Shown: one piece after another, positions 8,401 through 16,993 of the stretch
How positions within the stretch are numbered: position 1 is the first letter of the stretch
Layout of the letters: every line of letters starts with the position of its first letter
Translations under genes and position numbers: made by a program
Assembly: GCA_040880125.1 (NCBI GenBank)
Contig: JBBDJB010000029.1
Span: 12,188 to 76,187, forward strand
Reading direction: 5' to 3'
DNA: 64,000 nt
From: Pirellulales bacterium
Lineage (GTDB): Bacteria; Planctomycetota; Planctomycetia; Pirellulales; JBBDJB01
The notes under the pieces: model-generated
The model's input: only the letters and a program-made list of their open reading frames with translations
What the model was told of the DNA's origin: nothing
Database searches by the model: none

Positions 8401-11400
8401 CCACGGTCGCCTCGACCGTCTGGCGCGTCTTCTTCTCGAAGCGGCTGGCTTGTTCAACGCCGGCGCCGTGCAGAATCCCTTCGATGGGACCGTCGGCGCG
8501 GCGGACATCGTCGAGCACGCGCGACAGTGCCGCACGGTCGGCGACGTCGCAAGCGTGATAGGTGTATCGAACGCCCGCCACCTTGAAGCTTTGCAGGTTT
8601 CGGTCAATCTCGATGGCTTTCGCCACTTGGGCCCAAGCTTCGTTGGGTTTTTTACCGTTCTTGCGGGCATCGACGATCACGCGCGTCCGCAACTGGGCCG
8701 TTTGCTGTTCGTCGAGATTGCGCCAGTCCGAATCGATGGGCTCGGCCGGAGTGGTGCCGATCAGGTGCAGCTTCAGGCCGAAGCGGCGTGCCAACTCCAG
8801 CCCGCATCTGGCGGTGATGCCGCGAGCCCCGCCGGTGAGCACCCAGGTGCCGCCGGGACGGACGTCGCTATGGGTCTCTAGGTCAGCGTATTCCGGCAAG
8901 GCAACCTGCAGGTAGCGCCGACCGTTGACAAAGGAGAGCTCGTAATCATTCGTGCCGTACGCGAGTTCGCGACAGATATTAGTGGCCAATCGGCCGGGTG
9001 ATTCGCCACGCGGAGCATCAATGGCCTTGGCCAAAAATCCCTTTTGCTCACGCATGATGCCGTATTCGAGCAGCAGCGACTTCATCAACCCGGTCGCAAA
9101 TCCTGACTCGGGCGAAGCGACCTTTCCGGAAAATCCCAAATCGCCGCCGAGATCGAGAGTGGTGACGACGGTGCAGTCGCGAAGACGTTTGGCGTCGGCT
9201 GCCAGTTGCATTTGGCGCTGGCACAGGTAATACGGAAGCAGCACTCGCTCGCGATAGACCTGATCGAAGCCCGCCGGATCTGTGCGGTCTGTCAAAGTTT
9301 CATCGCGCAGCCCGGTGAGAAACAGATGCATGATCGGCTGTTGCTGCCAGTGGCGCTCAAGCTCGGTCACGGCCGCCTCGGGCGAGTGGGATTCCGCCAA
9401 TCGCACGACCGTGGCGCCGCCTTCGGTCAACCGCTGGCAAAGTGCGTCGGCAAGCGAGTTGCTGCCACAGACGGCCGCCGCCCCTTTGAAAGCGGGAAAG
9501 TCGGCCGGCTGCTTGTCCCACGGCATAGGAAACATCCGCAGCACAAACCGCATACTCTCGCGATCGTCGGACGAACGGTCGAGCAAGTCGTCGGAGGATG
9601 GGCTCGCCGTTGTCACTTTCGGCTCTGGCGCTAGCTGCGGGGCGGGCGTTTCCTTCGCCGTAGGTGGGGATCCGTTGCTGCCGAACGTAGCTGGGTCGCC
9701 CGCCGGCGCCGCCGGAAGCAACGCCCCGACGTGTACGCGCTGGCGAAGCGTCCCACAGTCGAGCAGCAAGTCGCCTGCGGCCGCGTCGACCACGGCGATC
9801 AGCCGCAAGGTCCCGCGCTCCGGCATGTCGGCTAATGCCTGCAGCAGTTCGCTCGCGGTTTGGGGTGAATCAGAGGCGGTAAGCCGCTGCCGGAGCCAGT
9901 CGAAACGTTCAAGCGATGCTGCCGGCGCGGGTACTGACGCGGTGTGCAGCACGCAATGATTTGTGGCTACGACCGGCCCGGCCGCGTCTTGCTCCGCCAG
10001 GTGTTGGCCGTCGTGCTCGGCCGCACAGAGGCGGCGTTGCGCTTGATGGCTTAAGCACGTCGTCCAACCGCGAGACGTCTTTACGCCTCGTAGGCTGCTG
10101 GCGGCGCGTTCAAGCGTGTCGCTGCGCTGCAGCAGGCCGTCGATGCGCATCGTGGTGGGGTGCGATGCGGAACCGTTCGAGCCGGCGGCGGAATTGAGGA
10201 GTGCGCCGGTCGACGCTGCCAGGCCGTTGGCATTAAGACCCACCAGGCTGCCGACCAGTCCGGCGAAAGTAACCGTGGCACATGCCCACCCCTGGGCTGG
10301 CTCCCGTACGAGCACGAAGGGCGTGAGCACTTCGGTCAGGGCGGCCGGCAATGAGAGCTCACCGACCAAGCCGTGCAAGACGCCCGCGGATGATGCACCC
10401 GGGAGCAGTGCCACCTGAGCGATCCCGGCGGCGAAGTCGCTCTGCACGGTCAGGTTGAGCGCGGCCAGATTGCCCGCCGGCACTTCCAACGCATCGGCCA
10501 ATCCGCGTAGCTCATCCCATTGATCGGTGGTAAAGAAAACCTGAGGGTTGGACCGGGCCTCGGTCGGCAGCGGCAATTCGCCCCAGTCGCCGTCCGTCAG
10601 GTCAGCGACTCGCCGGAGGAGAAGTTGGATCTCCGTTTTTTTTTCCAACCCGTGCTGTCGCCCCATCTCATACGGGGTGCCGCGCACGTGCAGGATATCC
10701 ACTTTTGTCGCGACGCATTCCGCCGTGGCGGCAGCAGTCATTCCAGCAGCACTACTTACCGCGGGCGGTGCAGTCGCGGGGCCAGGCGCCGCGGGCTCGG
10801 AAGCGGCAGGCGTTTGCGTCGGCGCGGCAGTGTCCTTTTGCGGAACTTTGGCCAGGAACTCTACGATGTGGCGCAGCGTGGGAAAATCATCGAGCGTCAG
10901 GTCGTCGGTGGGCGTGACGTCGAAATACTCCTGCAACTCACCGAACATCTGGGCCTTCTTGATGCTGTCGATGCCCAGGTCTGCTTCCAGGTCGGCGTCG
11001 AGCTCGACCACTTCAGCCGGGTAGCCGGTTTGCTCGACGACAAAGTTGATCAAGAACTGTTCGAGCTCGGCAACGTCAACGCCAGAGGCAGCGGGTGAAG
11101 CCGCTTCGGGCGGAGCCGTAGACTGTGGCGACGCAACCGAGGTGGGAGCCGGTACAGCCGCGGTCAGCGGTGCCGATGTAGCAGTCGGTGCAGGTGCTGC
11201 GGCGGGTTCCGGCTGGGGTGCTGCGCCGGACGGTGCTGGGGTGGACGTAGCAGCGCCCTTTTGCGGAACTTTTGCCAGGAACTCCACGATGTGGCGCAGC
11301 GTGGGAAAATCATCGAGCGTCAGGTCGTCGGTGGGCGTGACGTCGAAATACTCTTGCAACTCGCCGAACATCTGAGCCTTCTTGATGCTGTCGATGCCCA

Positions 11401-14400
11401 GGTCTGCTTCCAGGTCGGCGCCCAGCTCGACCACTTCGGGCGGATAGCCGGTCTGCTCGACGACAAAGTTGATCAAGAACTTTTCCAGTTCAGCCAGGTT
11501 CACCGCGCTGGAAGCTGCCGGTTTGGACGGATCGGCCACCGCAGCCGGAGCCGCGACTGCTGGAGCCGAGGATGCCGGAGCGGGGGCAGGTGCTGGCGCT
11601 GGCGCCGGGACTGCTGGTGCCGCGCGATCGATTGCCGCTTGCGCGGGCGCGGTAACTCCGGCGCTTCGACCAGACGGCACGCCCGGCTGCCCATTGCGTC
11701 CGGAACTCTGCCGCATCTTTGCCCGGCGGCGGGCCGTGGCATCAAAGTGCCAAATCTCACCACGCTCCACCGGTGTGACGGCCGCCGGCGCCAGCACCGA
11801 AGTCGTACTCCTCTGCCGATCCATCGCGCCGCTGCACTCCAGCAGCGCTTGCACGCGCATGATTTGCTCGACGCCCGGCCGCGAGGGATTATCGCAGGCG
11901 ATCCCCGCATACTCATGGGCCGCCAAATTACGGCGGTTGAGGCGGCTGAGAGCCTGTTGAGGGCCGACCTCGACGAAGACGGTCGGACCCTGGGCCGCCA
12001 AGTCTCGCACCAGTTCGGCGTAGCGTACCGGTGTCGTCAAGTGGGCCACCAGGTTGCGACCGATTTCGCTTGGATCGCGGATGACCCGGTTCGTCGCCAC
12101 GCTGTACGTGGTCACGCGGGGAGCTTGAAACCTCTCAGCGGCGATCTGCTGTGCGAACCGCGCGGCGGCGTTGGCCATCAAGGGTGTATGGAACGGGCTG
12201 GGTACCGGCAGCATGCGGGTCTCGTACATGCCTACTTGCAACATCTTCTCCAGCTCAGCGAGCGCCGGCAGCGTGCCGCCGACGACCGTCTGGTCGGGGG
12301 CGTTGTGATTGGCCACGAAGACCGGCCCGGCGACGCGTGGCGCCATCTGCTCGATCACTTCCGGCGTGGCGGTGGTAGCCAGCATTCCTCCTTGTCCGCC
12401 CGGGAAAGCCGTGATCGATTCGCACCGATGTCGTGTCACCCGGATCGCTTGCTCCAGATCCCAAGCTCCGGCAGCCAACAGCGCGGGATACTCGCCGTAG
12501 CTGTGACCGGCCACCAGATCGGGCGTGATGCCGTGCTCTTCGAGCGCCGCAGCCACCAGCACATCGGCCAGCAACATCGAAACCTGGGTGATCCATACAT
12601 CCTTGCCCAAGGGCGAAGCTTCGTCCCAGGCCAACTGCGCCCAGCCGGGATAGCCAAGCCGTATCATCACGGAATCGATCTGCGCCTGCCGAGCACGTAC
12701 CGCCGGCACTTCATCCACCAGTTGGCGAAGCATGCCGGTGTATTGCGAGCCCTGGCCGGGGAAGAGGTATGCGATTCGCGTGTCAGGATTGGCCTGGCGG
12801 TAGAAAACGCCTTGCTGCTCAAGCACGGTTTGGGCCGCGGCGTTGTCCATTTGTTTCAGCGCCAGACCGAGTTTCGTCGAAAGCGCCTCTGAGCTATCGA
12901 CTACGATCGCCAGGCGGAAGCGGTCTTCGGACGAGAAACGGCGCCGGCTGGAGGCGTCCAGTGTGCCGGTGTCCGATTGTGCTGCTTCGATTGCCCGCCG
13001 CAGTGCAGCGGCGTCTGCACCGCCGAAGCGGCAGATTCGCCATGTACCCGACATTCGGCCTTCAGAAGTAGCCGCCGATTGAGTCGCCGGCGGAAAAGAA
13101 GGAGCTGCGGCGGCGGCTGTGGGCGCGGGCATGGATGCCGCGGGAGCCGGCGTAGGTGACGAAGCTTGCGCAGATGCAGCGGCCGGTATAGGCGCGGGTG
13201 CGGCGGGTTCTGGCGTGGGCGAGGCGGTTCCCTTCTGCGGGGCCTTCGCCAGAAACTCGACGATATGACGCAGCGTGGGAAAGTCGTCGAGCGTCAGGTC
13301 GTCGGTCGGCGTGACATCGAAATACTCTTGCAGCTCGCCGAACATTTGGGCTTTCTTGATGCTATCGATGCCCAAGTCTGCTTCCAAGTCAGCGTCCAAC
13401 TCGACGACTTCCGGCGGGTAACCGGTCTGCTCGACGACGAAGTTGATCAAGAACTGTTCGAGCTCGGCCAAGTCGACGTTCGCAGGCGCAGGCTGCGCAG
13501 CCGGCGCGGGGTGGGTGGCCGGGGCCAACGCGGCTTCAGACTGCGAAGGAGCCGGTACGGCAGTGGCGGAAGCGGGTGCTTGAGCCGGCGCGGCCGATTC
13601 CCTTTGGGGAACCTTCGCGAGGAACTCCACGATGTGGCGCAACGTGGGAAAGTCATCGAGCGTCAGGTCGTCGGTCGGCGTGACGTCAAAGTATTCTTGC
13701 AGCTCACCGAACATCTGAGCTTTCTTGATGCTGTCGATCCCCAGGTCGGCTTCCAGGTCGGCATCGAGCTCGATCACTTCCGGCGGATAACCGGTTTGCT
13801 CGACGACGAAGTTAACAAGGAACTGTTCCAGCTCGCCCACATTCACACTTATCGCGGCGGCATTGGACGCCAGGGCCGGCGAAGCAGAAGCCGCCGAGGG
13901 AGAAGCCTCCACTTGGGGCGCTGGAGCCGGGGTGGGAGCGGCGCTTGCGACTCGGCTGCCGTACTCGAGAACCGCATGATAGGCCAGCCCACGTGAACAG
14001 GTTCCCACGGCGGCCAGGCGCCGGCCGTCGGCGGTGGTGAGCTCGATGGCCGTCCTCGCCGCCGGCGCCGCCAGCACGTTACCGTGCTCAGTGACAAAGG
14101 GAGCGGCTGCCTTCAGTCCGACCGCGGGCGGCAACTCGCCGTGACTGACCTCCAGCACGGCTTTGAGCAGTGAGACCAGCGACGAGGCCCCCTGCGTGTT
14201 GCCGAGTTGGCCAAGAATTGAACTGAGCAGCAAAGGCCGCGGGCGGCCACCTTTGCCGTACACTTCGGCCACGGCGCGCACCTCTTGTGCCGTGGCGTTG
14301 TTGTCGCCCAGCGCGTCCAGCTCCATAAGCGCCACGTCTGCGGGGCGAGTGGCTCCGTCGCTAAAGGTCCGCTGCATGGCCAGCTCTAGTGCGTGGCCCC

Positions 14401-16804
14401 AGGACGTGGAGTCGTGCGCCGCGCCAACTCCCCGCAGCACGGCGTGGATTCGATCGCCGTCGCGCTTGGCGTCGGCCAGCCGCTTAAGCAGAAAGACGAC
14501 GACGCCTTCGCCCGGCACGTGGCCTTGCGCATGCGCGTCCAGCGGCGAACGTGCGTCGCCCTCAGCCAAGTCGCCGCCGATGGCGAGGCTCTCGTAAATC
14601 GGCCAGCCCATACGGCGCTGGCCCGCGGCGCAGGCCATCAGATCGCAATCGCCGGCCAAGAGCATGTCGATGCTCGTCGAGAGCGCGGCCAGCCCCGAAG
14701 TCTGCCCGGCGTCGATGGCCGCGGCGCCGCCCATCGTGTTCCAGGTCTTGCCGATTCGCGATGCCAGCGAACTGGTGCTGAAGCTGCCAGTTTCGTCGAT
14801 CAGTGCGGGCCAGCGCTTGAGCAAAGCTTCGGCGTAGTTCTTGCCGACCTGGCGGGCCTGTTCCACACTAAAGCCGCGTCGAGTCAACAACGCCTCGAGG
14901 TGGCGCTCCAGCTCGGGCAAACGCAACCCGATCTGCAATTGGAAGGAGAAATCGCCGCCGAACTCCGTGCCCACGACGACGCCCATATTCTCGCGTGGGA
15001 AGGACCTTTCGTGATAGCCGGCGTCCTGCATCGCCTGGTCGGTCGCCTCGAGCAGCATGAACTGCAGGGGATCGGCCTGCTGCACCTGCTTGGGCGGCAC
15101 TTTGTGTCGCTTCCAGTCGTACTCGAAGTTGGCGATGAATGCTCCGCGGAGCGACTTCGGATCGGGAGCGCCCGGCTGAGGCGTTTTCAGCACGATGTCC
15201 GGCCGCCAGCGCTCCGGCGGCACCGGCGTCTTGGGATCGGTGCCGGAGGCCAGCAGGTTCCAGAATGCGGCGGGATTCTCCGCTCCCGGCAGAACGCACC
15301 CCAGCCCGATCACAGCAATGGCCTGCTCCTCGCTGGAGAGCTTTTGCTCCGGCGGACCGGGGACGGCGGCCGCCAGGTCGCGGCTCGACTCAGTGAACTC
15401 ATCGATCACTACATGCATATTGAGCCCGCCGATGCCGAACGCATTGACGCCCGCCCTGCGCGGCTTGCCGTCGGCCCGTTTAGGCCAGGCGACCGGCGTA
15501 GTGGGCACGTAAACCGGCGCCCGTTCCCAATCGATGTTGGGATTGAACTGGCGGATGTTGATCGCCGGCGGCACGATCTCGTTGTTCAGGGCCAGCACGG
15601 ACTTGATCACCCCGGCGATGCCGGCCGTTTCGAGCGAGTGGCCGATGTTCGCTTTGACGCTGGTGATCGGAATTCGCTTGCCGGGCGGCAAGCGCTGCCC
15701 GAGGATCTCGGTCAGCGTGTTCAGTTCCGTGGCGTCGCCTAGCTTGGTGGCCGTTGCATGGGCCTCGACATACTCCAAATCGGCGATATCCAGCCCGTCG
15801 CGGTAGGCACGTTCCATCGCCTTGAGCTGGCCTTCCTTGCGCGGAGCCCAGAGACTCTTCCCTTTGCCGTCGGATGAGACGCCCAGCCCGCGGACAACGG
15901 CCAGCACACGGTCGCCGTCGTCCAGAGCGCGCTTGAGCGTCTTCATGACCAGCGCCACGTAACCTTCGCCGCAGACCAGCCCGTCGGCATCGGCGTCGAA
16001 GGGACGTGTGCCGGTGGCGCTCATCGCGCGGGCGTTCGAGAACAGCACCAGCGAGTCGCTCTTGCAGTCCGATGCCCCGCCGACGATGGCCATGTCGACA
16101 CGGCCCAGTTGAAGAGCCCGGGCCCCCAGCAACATTGCCTGTAAGGACGAAGCACAGGCGGAGTTGATCGCCAGGTACGGTCCATTGAGGCCGAAAGCTT
16201 TGCTGATTGTGCCGGCCACGAGACTGGCGGAGACGTCCGGGGCATCGGCCGTGGGGCGCGGCAACGGTTCGCGCACACGCTGGATAAGCTCGGCGATGAT
16301 CGCCTGTTGTTCGGCTTCGGGCAGCGCGGCGAAATCCGGCACGTCGCGGAGGAACTCGGCGGCCTCCGTGATACAGCTCGAGTAGGTGTGGTCGCCGGCC
16401 TTGGTGCTGCCTTGGGCATGGCCCACGTAGACGCCGGTATTGGGCAGCGGCACGTTGAAAGGATCGATGCCGGCGTGCCGCAGGGCGGAGGCGGCCACGT
16501 CGCACATTAGCAAGTGAGCGATGTCCACCCGTTCCGCCAGCTTTTCATCAATGGGGCAGCGCGTGCGGTCGAACGTGCGGCTGGAGATGATTGCCCCCAG
16601 CTTTGAGTAGGTCTTACCACGTACGCCGACTTTGGGATCGAAGTACATGTCCTGGTCGAGCCGATCCGGTGGCAGCTCCACGACGGCGCTGCGCCCTTCG
16701 ACGAGCATCCGCCAGTACTGATCCAGATCGTCTGCCCCGGGAAGGCGGCAGGCCATTCCTACGATGGCCACAGGAACTTGGTGCGGAAGGTAGGGGTCGG
16801 CCAT
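5441..16804 (-). CDS. Pfa/Hgl-like iterative type I PKS, 3787 aa: KS-KS(Q)/CLF-ACP-ACP-AT-ACP-ACP-C45-like-KR-KR-DH
   Basis: KS1 intact triad (NSACASS, EAHATAT, NIGHSLE). KS2 DAGQTS with both His lost. AT FPGQGSQ/GHSYG/SPFH. Four LGIDSIK ACPs. Two TGGARGI...YAAA KRs. DH DPFLSQHRLKSRPFLPG...DAC. Confidence 0.95.
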   Translation of the reverse strand: MADPYLPHQVPVAIVGMACRLPGADDLDQYWRMLVEGRSAVVELPPDRLDQDMYFDPKVGVRGKTYSKLGAIISSRTFDRTRCPIDEKLAERVDIAHLLMCDVAASALRHAGIDPFNVPLPNTGVYVGHAQGSTKAGDHTYSSCITEAAEFLRDVPDFAALPEAEQQAIIAELIQRVREPLPRPTADAPDVSASLVAGTISKAFGLNGPYLAINSACASSLQAMLLGARALQLGRVDMAIVGGASDCKSDSLVLFSNARAMSATGTRPFDADADGLVCGEGYVALVMKTLKRALDDGDRVLAVVRGLGVSSDGKGKSLWAPRKEGQLKAMERAYRDGLDIADLEYVEAHATATKLGDATELNTLTEILGQRLPPGKRIPITSVKANIGHSLETAGIAGVIKSVLALNNEIVPPAINIRQFNPNIDWERAPVYVPTTPVAWPKRADGKPRRAGVNAFGIGGLNMHVVIDEFTESSRDLAAAVPGPPEQKLSSEEQAIAVIGLGCVLPGAENPAAFWNLLASGTDPKTPVPPERWRPDIVLKTPQPGAPDPKSLRGAFIANFEYDWKRHKVPPKQVQQADPLQFMLLEATDQAMQDAGYHERSFPRENMGVVVGTEFGGDFSFQLQIGLRLPELERHLEALLTRRGFSVEQARQVGKNYAEALLKRWPALIDETGSFSTSSLASRIGKTWNTMGGAAAIDAGQTSGLAALSTSIDMLLAGDCDLMACAAGQRRMGWPIYESLAIGGDLAEGDARSPLDAHAQGHVPGEGVVVFLLKRLADAKRDGDRIHAVLRGVGAAHDSTSWGHALELAMQRTFSDGATRPADVALMELDALGDNNATAQEVRAVAEVYGKGGRPRPLLLSSILGQLGNTQGASSLVSLLKAVLEVSHGELPPAVGLKAAAPFVTEHGNVLAAPAARTAIELTTADGRRLAAVGTCSRGLAYHAVLEYGSRVASAAPTPAPAPQVEASPSAASASPALASNAAAISVNVGELEQFLVNFVVEQTGYPPEVIELDADLEADLGIDSIKKAQMFGELQEYFDVTPTDDLTLDDFPTLRHIVEFLAKVPQRESAAPAQAPASATAVPAPSQSEAALAPATHPAPAAQPAPANVDLAELEQFLINFVVEQTGYPPEVVELDADLEADLGIDSIKKAQMFGELQEYFDVTPTDDLTLDDFPTLRHIVEFLAKAPQKGTASPTPEPAAPAPIPAAASAQASSPTPAPAASMPAPTAAAAAPSFPPATQSAATSEGRMSGTWRICRFGGADAAALRRAIEAAQSDTGTLDASSRRRFSSEDRFRLAIVVDSSEALSTKLGLALKQMDNAAAQTVLEQQGVFYRQANPDTRIAYLFPGQGSQYTGMLRQLVDEVPAVRARQAQIDSVMIRLGYPGWAQLAWDEASPLGKDVWITQVSMLLADVLVAAALEEHGITPDLVAGHSYGEYPALLAAGAWDLEQAIRVTRHRCESITAFPGGQGGMLATTATPEVIEQMAPRVAGPVFVANHNAPDQTVVGGTLPALAELEKMLQVGMYETRMLPVPSPFHTPLMANAAARFAQQIAAERFQAPRVTTYSVATNRVIRDPSEIGRNLVAHLTTPVRYAELVRDLAAQGPTVFVEVGPQQALSRLNRRNLAAHEYAGIACDNPSRPGVEQIMRVQALLECSGAMDRQRSTTSVLAPAAVTPVERGEIWHFDATARRRAKMRQSSGRNGQPGVPSGRSAGVTAPAQAAIDRAAPAVPAPAPAPAPAPASSAPAVAAPAAVADPSKPAASSAVNLAELEKFLINFVVEQTGYPPEVVELGADLEADLGIDSIKKAQMFGELQEYFDVTPTDDLTLDDFPTLRHIVEFLAKVPQKGAATSTPAPSGAAPQPEPAAAPAPTATSAPLTAAVPAPTSVASPQSTAPPEAASPAASGVDVAELEQFLINFVVEQTGYPAEVVELDADLEADLGIDSIKKAQMFGELQEYFDVTPTDDLTLDDFPTLRHIVEFLAKVPQKDTAAPTQTPAASEPAAPGPATAPPAVSSAAGMTAAATAECVATKVDILHVRGTPYEMGRQHGLEKKTEIQLLLRRVADLTDGDWGELPLPTEARSNPQVFFTTDQWDELRGLADALEVPAGNLAALNLTVQSDFAAGIAQVALLPGASSAGVLHGLVGELSLPAALTEVLTPFVLVREPAQGWACATVTFAGLVGSLVGLNANGLAASTGALLNSAAGSNGSASHPTTMRIDGLLQRSDTLERAASSLRGVKTSRGWTTCLSHQAQRRLCAAEHDGQHLAEQDAAGPVVATNHCVLHTASVPAPAASLERFDWLRQRLTASDSPQTASELLQALADMPERGTLRLIAVVDAAAGDLLLDCGTLRQRVHVGALLPAAPAGDPATFGSNGSPPTAKETPAPQLAPEPKVTTASPSSDDLLDRSSDDRESMRFVLRMFPMPWDKQPADFPAFKGAAAVCGSNSLADALCQRLTEGGATVVRLAESHSPEAAVTELERHWQQQPIMHLFLTGLRDETLTDRTDPAGFDQVYRERVLLPYYLCQRQMQLAADAKRLRDCTVVTTLDLGGDLGFSGKVASPESGFATGLMKSLLLEYGIMREQKGFLAKAIDAPRGESPGRLATNICRELAYGTNDYELSFVNGRRYLQVALPEYADLETHSDVRPGGTWVLTGGARGITARCGLELARRFGLKLHLIGTTPAEPIDSDWRNLDEQQTAQLRTRVIVDARKNGKKPNEAWAQVAKAIEIDRNLQSFKVAGVRYTYHACDVADRAALSRVLDDVRRADGPIEGILHGAGVEQASRFEKKTRQTVEATVGSKVLGAYNLMHLTRDDPVRHFIGFGSISGRLGSNGQTDYAAASDMLCKLTGWYRGWRPDVHAIGIHFHPWDAVGMASRPDTEAILKASNLRLMPERTGVRHLLRELYTRPAATEVLVTDWEYHQRYYADNYDEVAKRDDLLGAPGTAVPQPSESPSLASPASRVADRMTMHMLDAPLAASTPARALPGSAFLLGDNPDAESLAATLAARGVQVHRLPSGADAEATCAELERAFEHSPARCLVLATSRDVASEAWNDCSTAAARIERGVYLPYWVTRKWFQLVSKTPEAGQATLVALISLGGDFGFNAGVPNPEGGALTGLLKSIFVEDDRYDHARFHVRVIDAPADEPPAELAEAVCAELTADVPEVEIAYVGGRRQVVRVKREPVEALPVGELPRGGVWVITGGARGITAETALEIGRRYGLKLHLLGKSPAPEPNTPWQNCTEEQLKAIKSEIVRKATLEGRSPTDDWDRVRKDREIQQSLDRFAQAGVEATYHVCDVADWDDLGRVLTTIRELDGAIEGIIHGAGYAKSFRFGTGAAAKLRDTIDPKVSGTLALMHLTSGDPLRYFVGFGSLSGRFGGNGLSDYAAANDMLAKLCGWFRTRRPECHSVCFHWQTWDAVGMALLADGVGITKNAFKMDFISPAEGVAHLIDELRAGTPRSEVLVTDGFFQRRFYPYEVEITTGNDAPSAEVSEKDSGTPPLVAAWHASEGGGGIADIAFDPLGDPFLSQHRLKSRPFLPGVVGLESLAEAASCALDRRAVSELRNVRIENGMLFPTDSPIRARVEVAPVEGGLACRLLTEQRDRKGRMIDPARLHVEGFIPTTADGSPIHADAPGRPPLGWFPHAYPDEGLLFHGDPLRCLKECAYQYDGGWGKIIAPPLSELAGPRGDTDWITSPAVLDACVVACGSFLYLQFGGVLEVPYAFEHLRLARMPRAGATCILRLFFRERGERHSRFDFTLFGEDEQPLLQVDGYRTIRVGAGGR
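10841..13834 (-). repeat. Four near-identical 228-bp ACP-coding repeats (13607-13834, 13238-13465, 11264-11491, 10841-11068)
   Basis: ELE(Q/K)FL(V/I)NFVVEQTGYP(P/A)EV(I/V)EL(D/G)ADLEADLGIDSIKKAQMFGELQEYFDVTPTDDLTLDDFPTLRHIVEFLAK(V/A)P occurs four times, separated by Pro/Ala-rich linkers. Confidence 0.95.
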
Positions 16805-16993
16805 GCTGGTGATTCGCCCGATGTTGCGGGTGTCTAGAGATTCACCTCCGTGGTGCGGACTGTACGCCGCCTACGCGTGCCCTCCGTGGGATGTGGTGCG
16901 GTCGTCGGAAGGAGTCGCCGGAACGCTGTCGCTGCGGCGCTCGCATCAGGCCCCGTCAGAGGCCCGACAACGGGCGACGTCTCCGACGCACGT

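Noticed and set aside
11261-15742. Long + strand ORFs (11261-12892, 13166-13996, 14393-15742) and the alternate-frame ORF 15480-16505
   Set aside because: Shadow frames of the high-GC PKS gene with no recognisable motifs.
5441-16804. Calling the PKS a PUFA synthase (pfaA/pfaC) or hglE
   Set aside because: No FabA-type DH pair, no PfaD, no glycosyltransferase, and the domain order differs; related but not assignable, so no gene symbol is given.
16896-16991. Imperfect inverted repeat between the reductase and the PKS
   Set aside because: Short, bulged and GC-rich with no U-tract; could be chance at this GC content.
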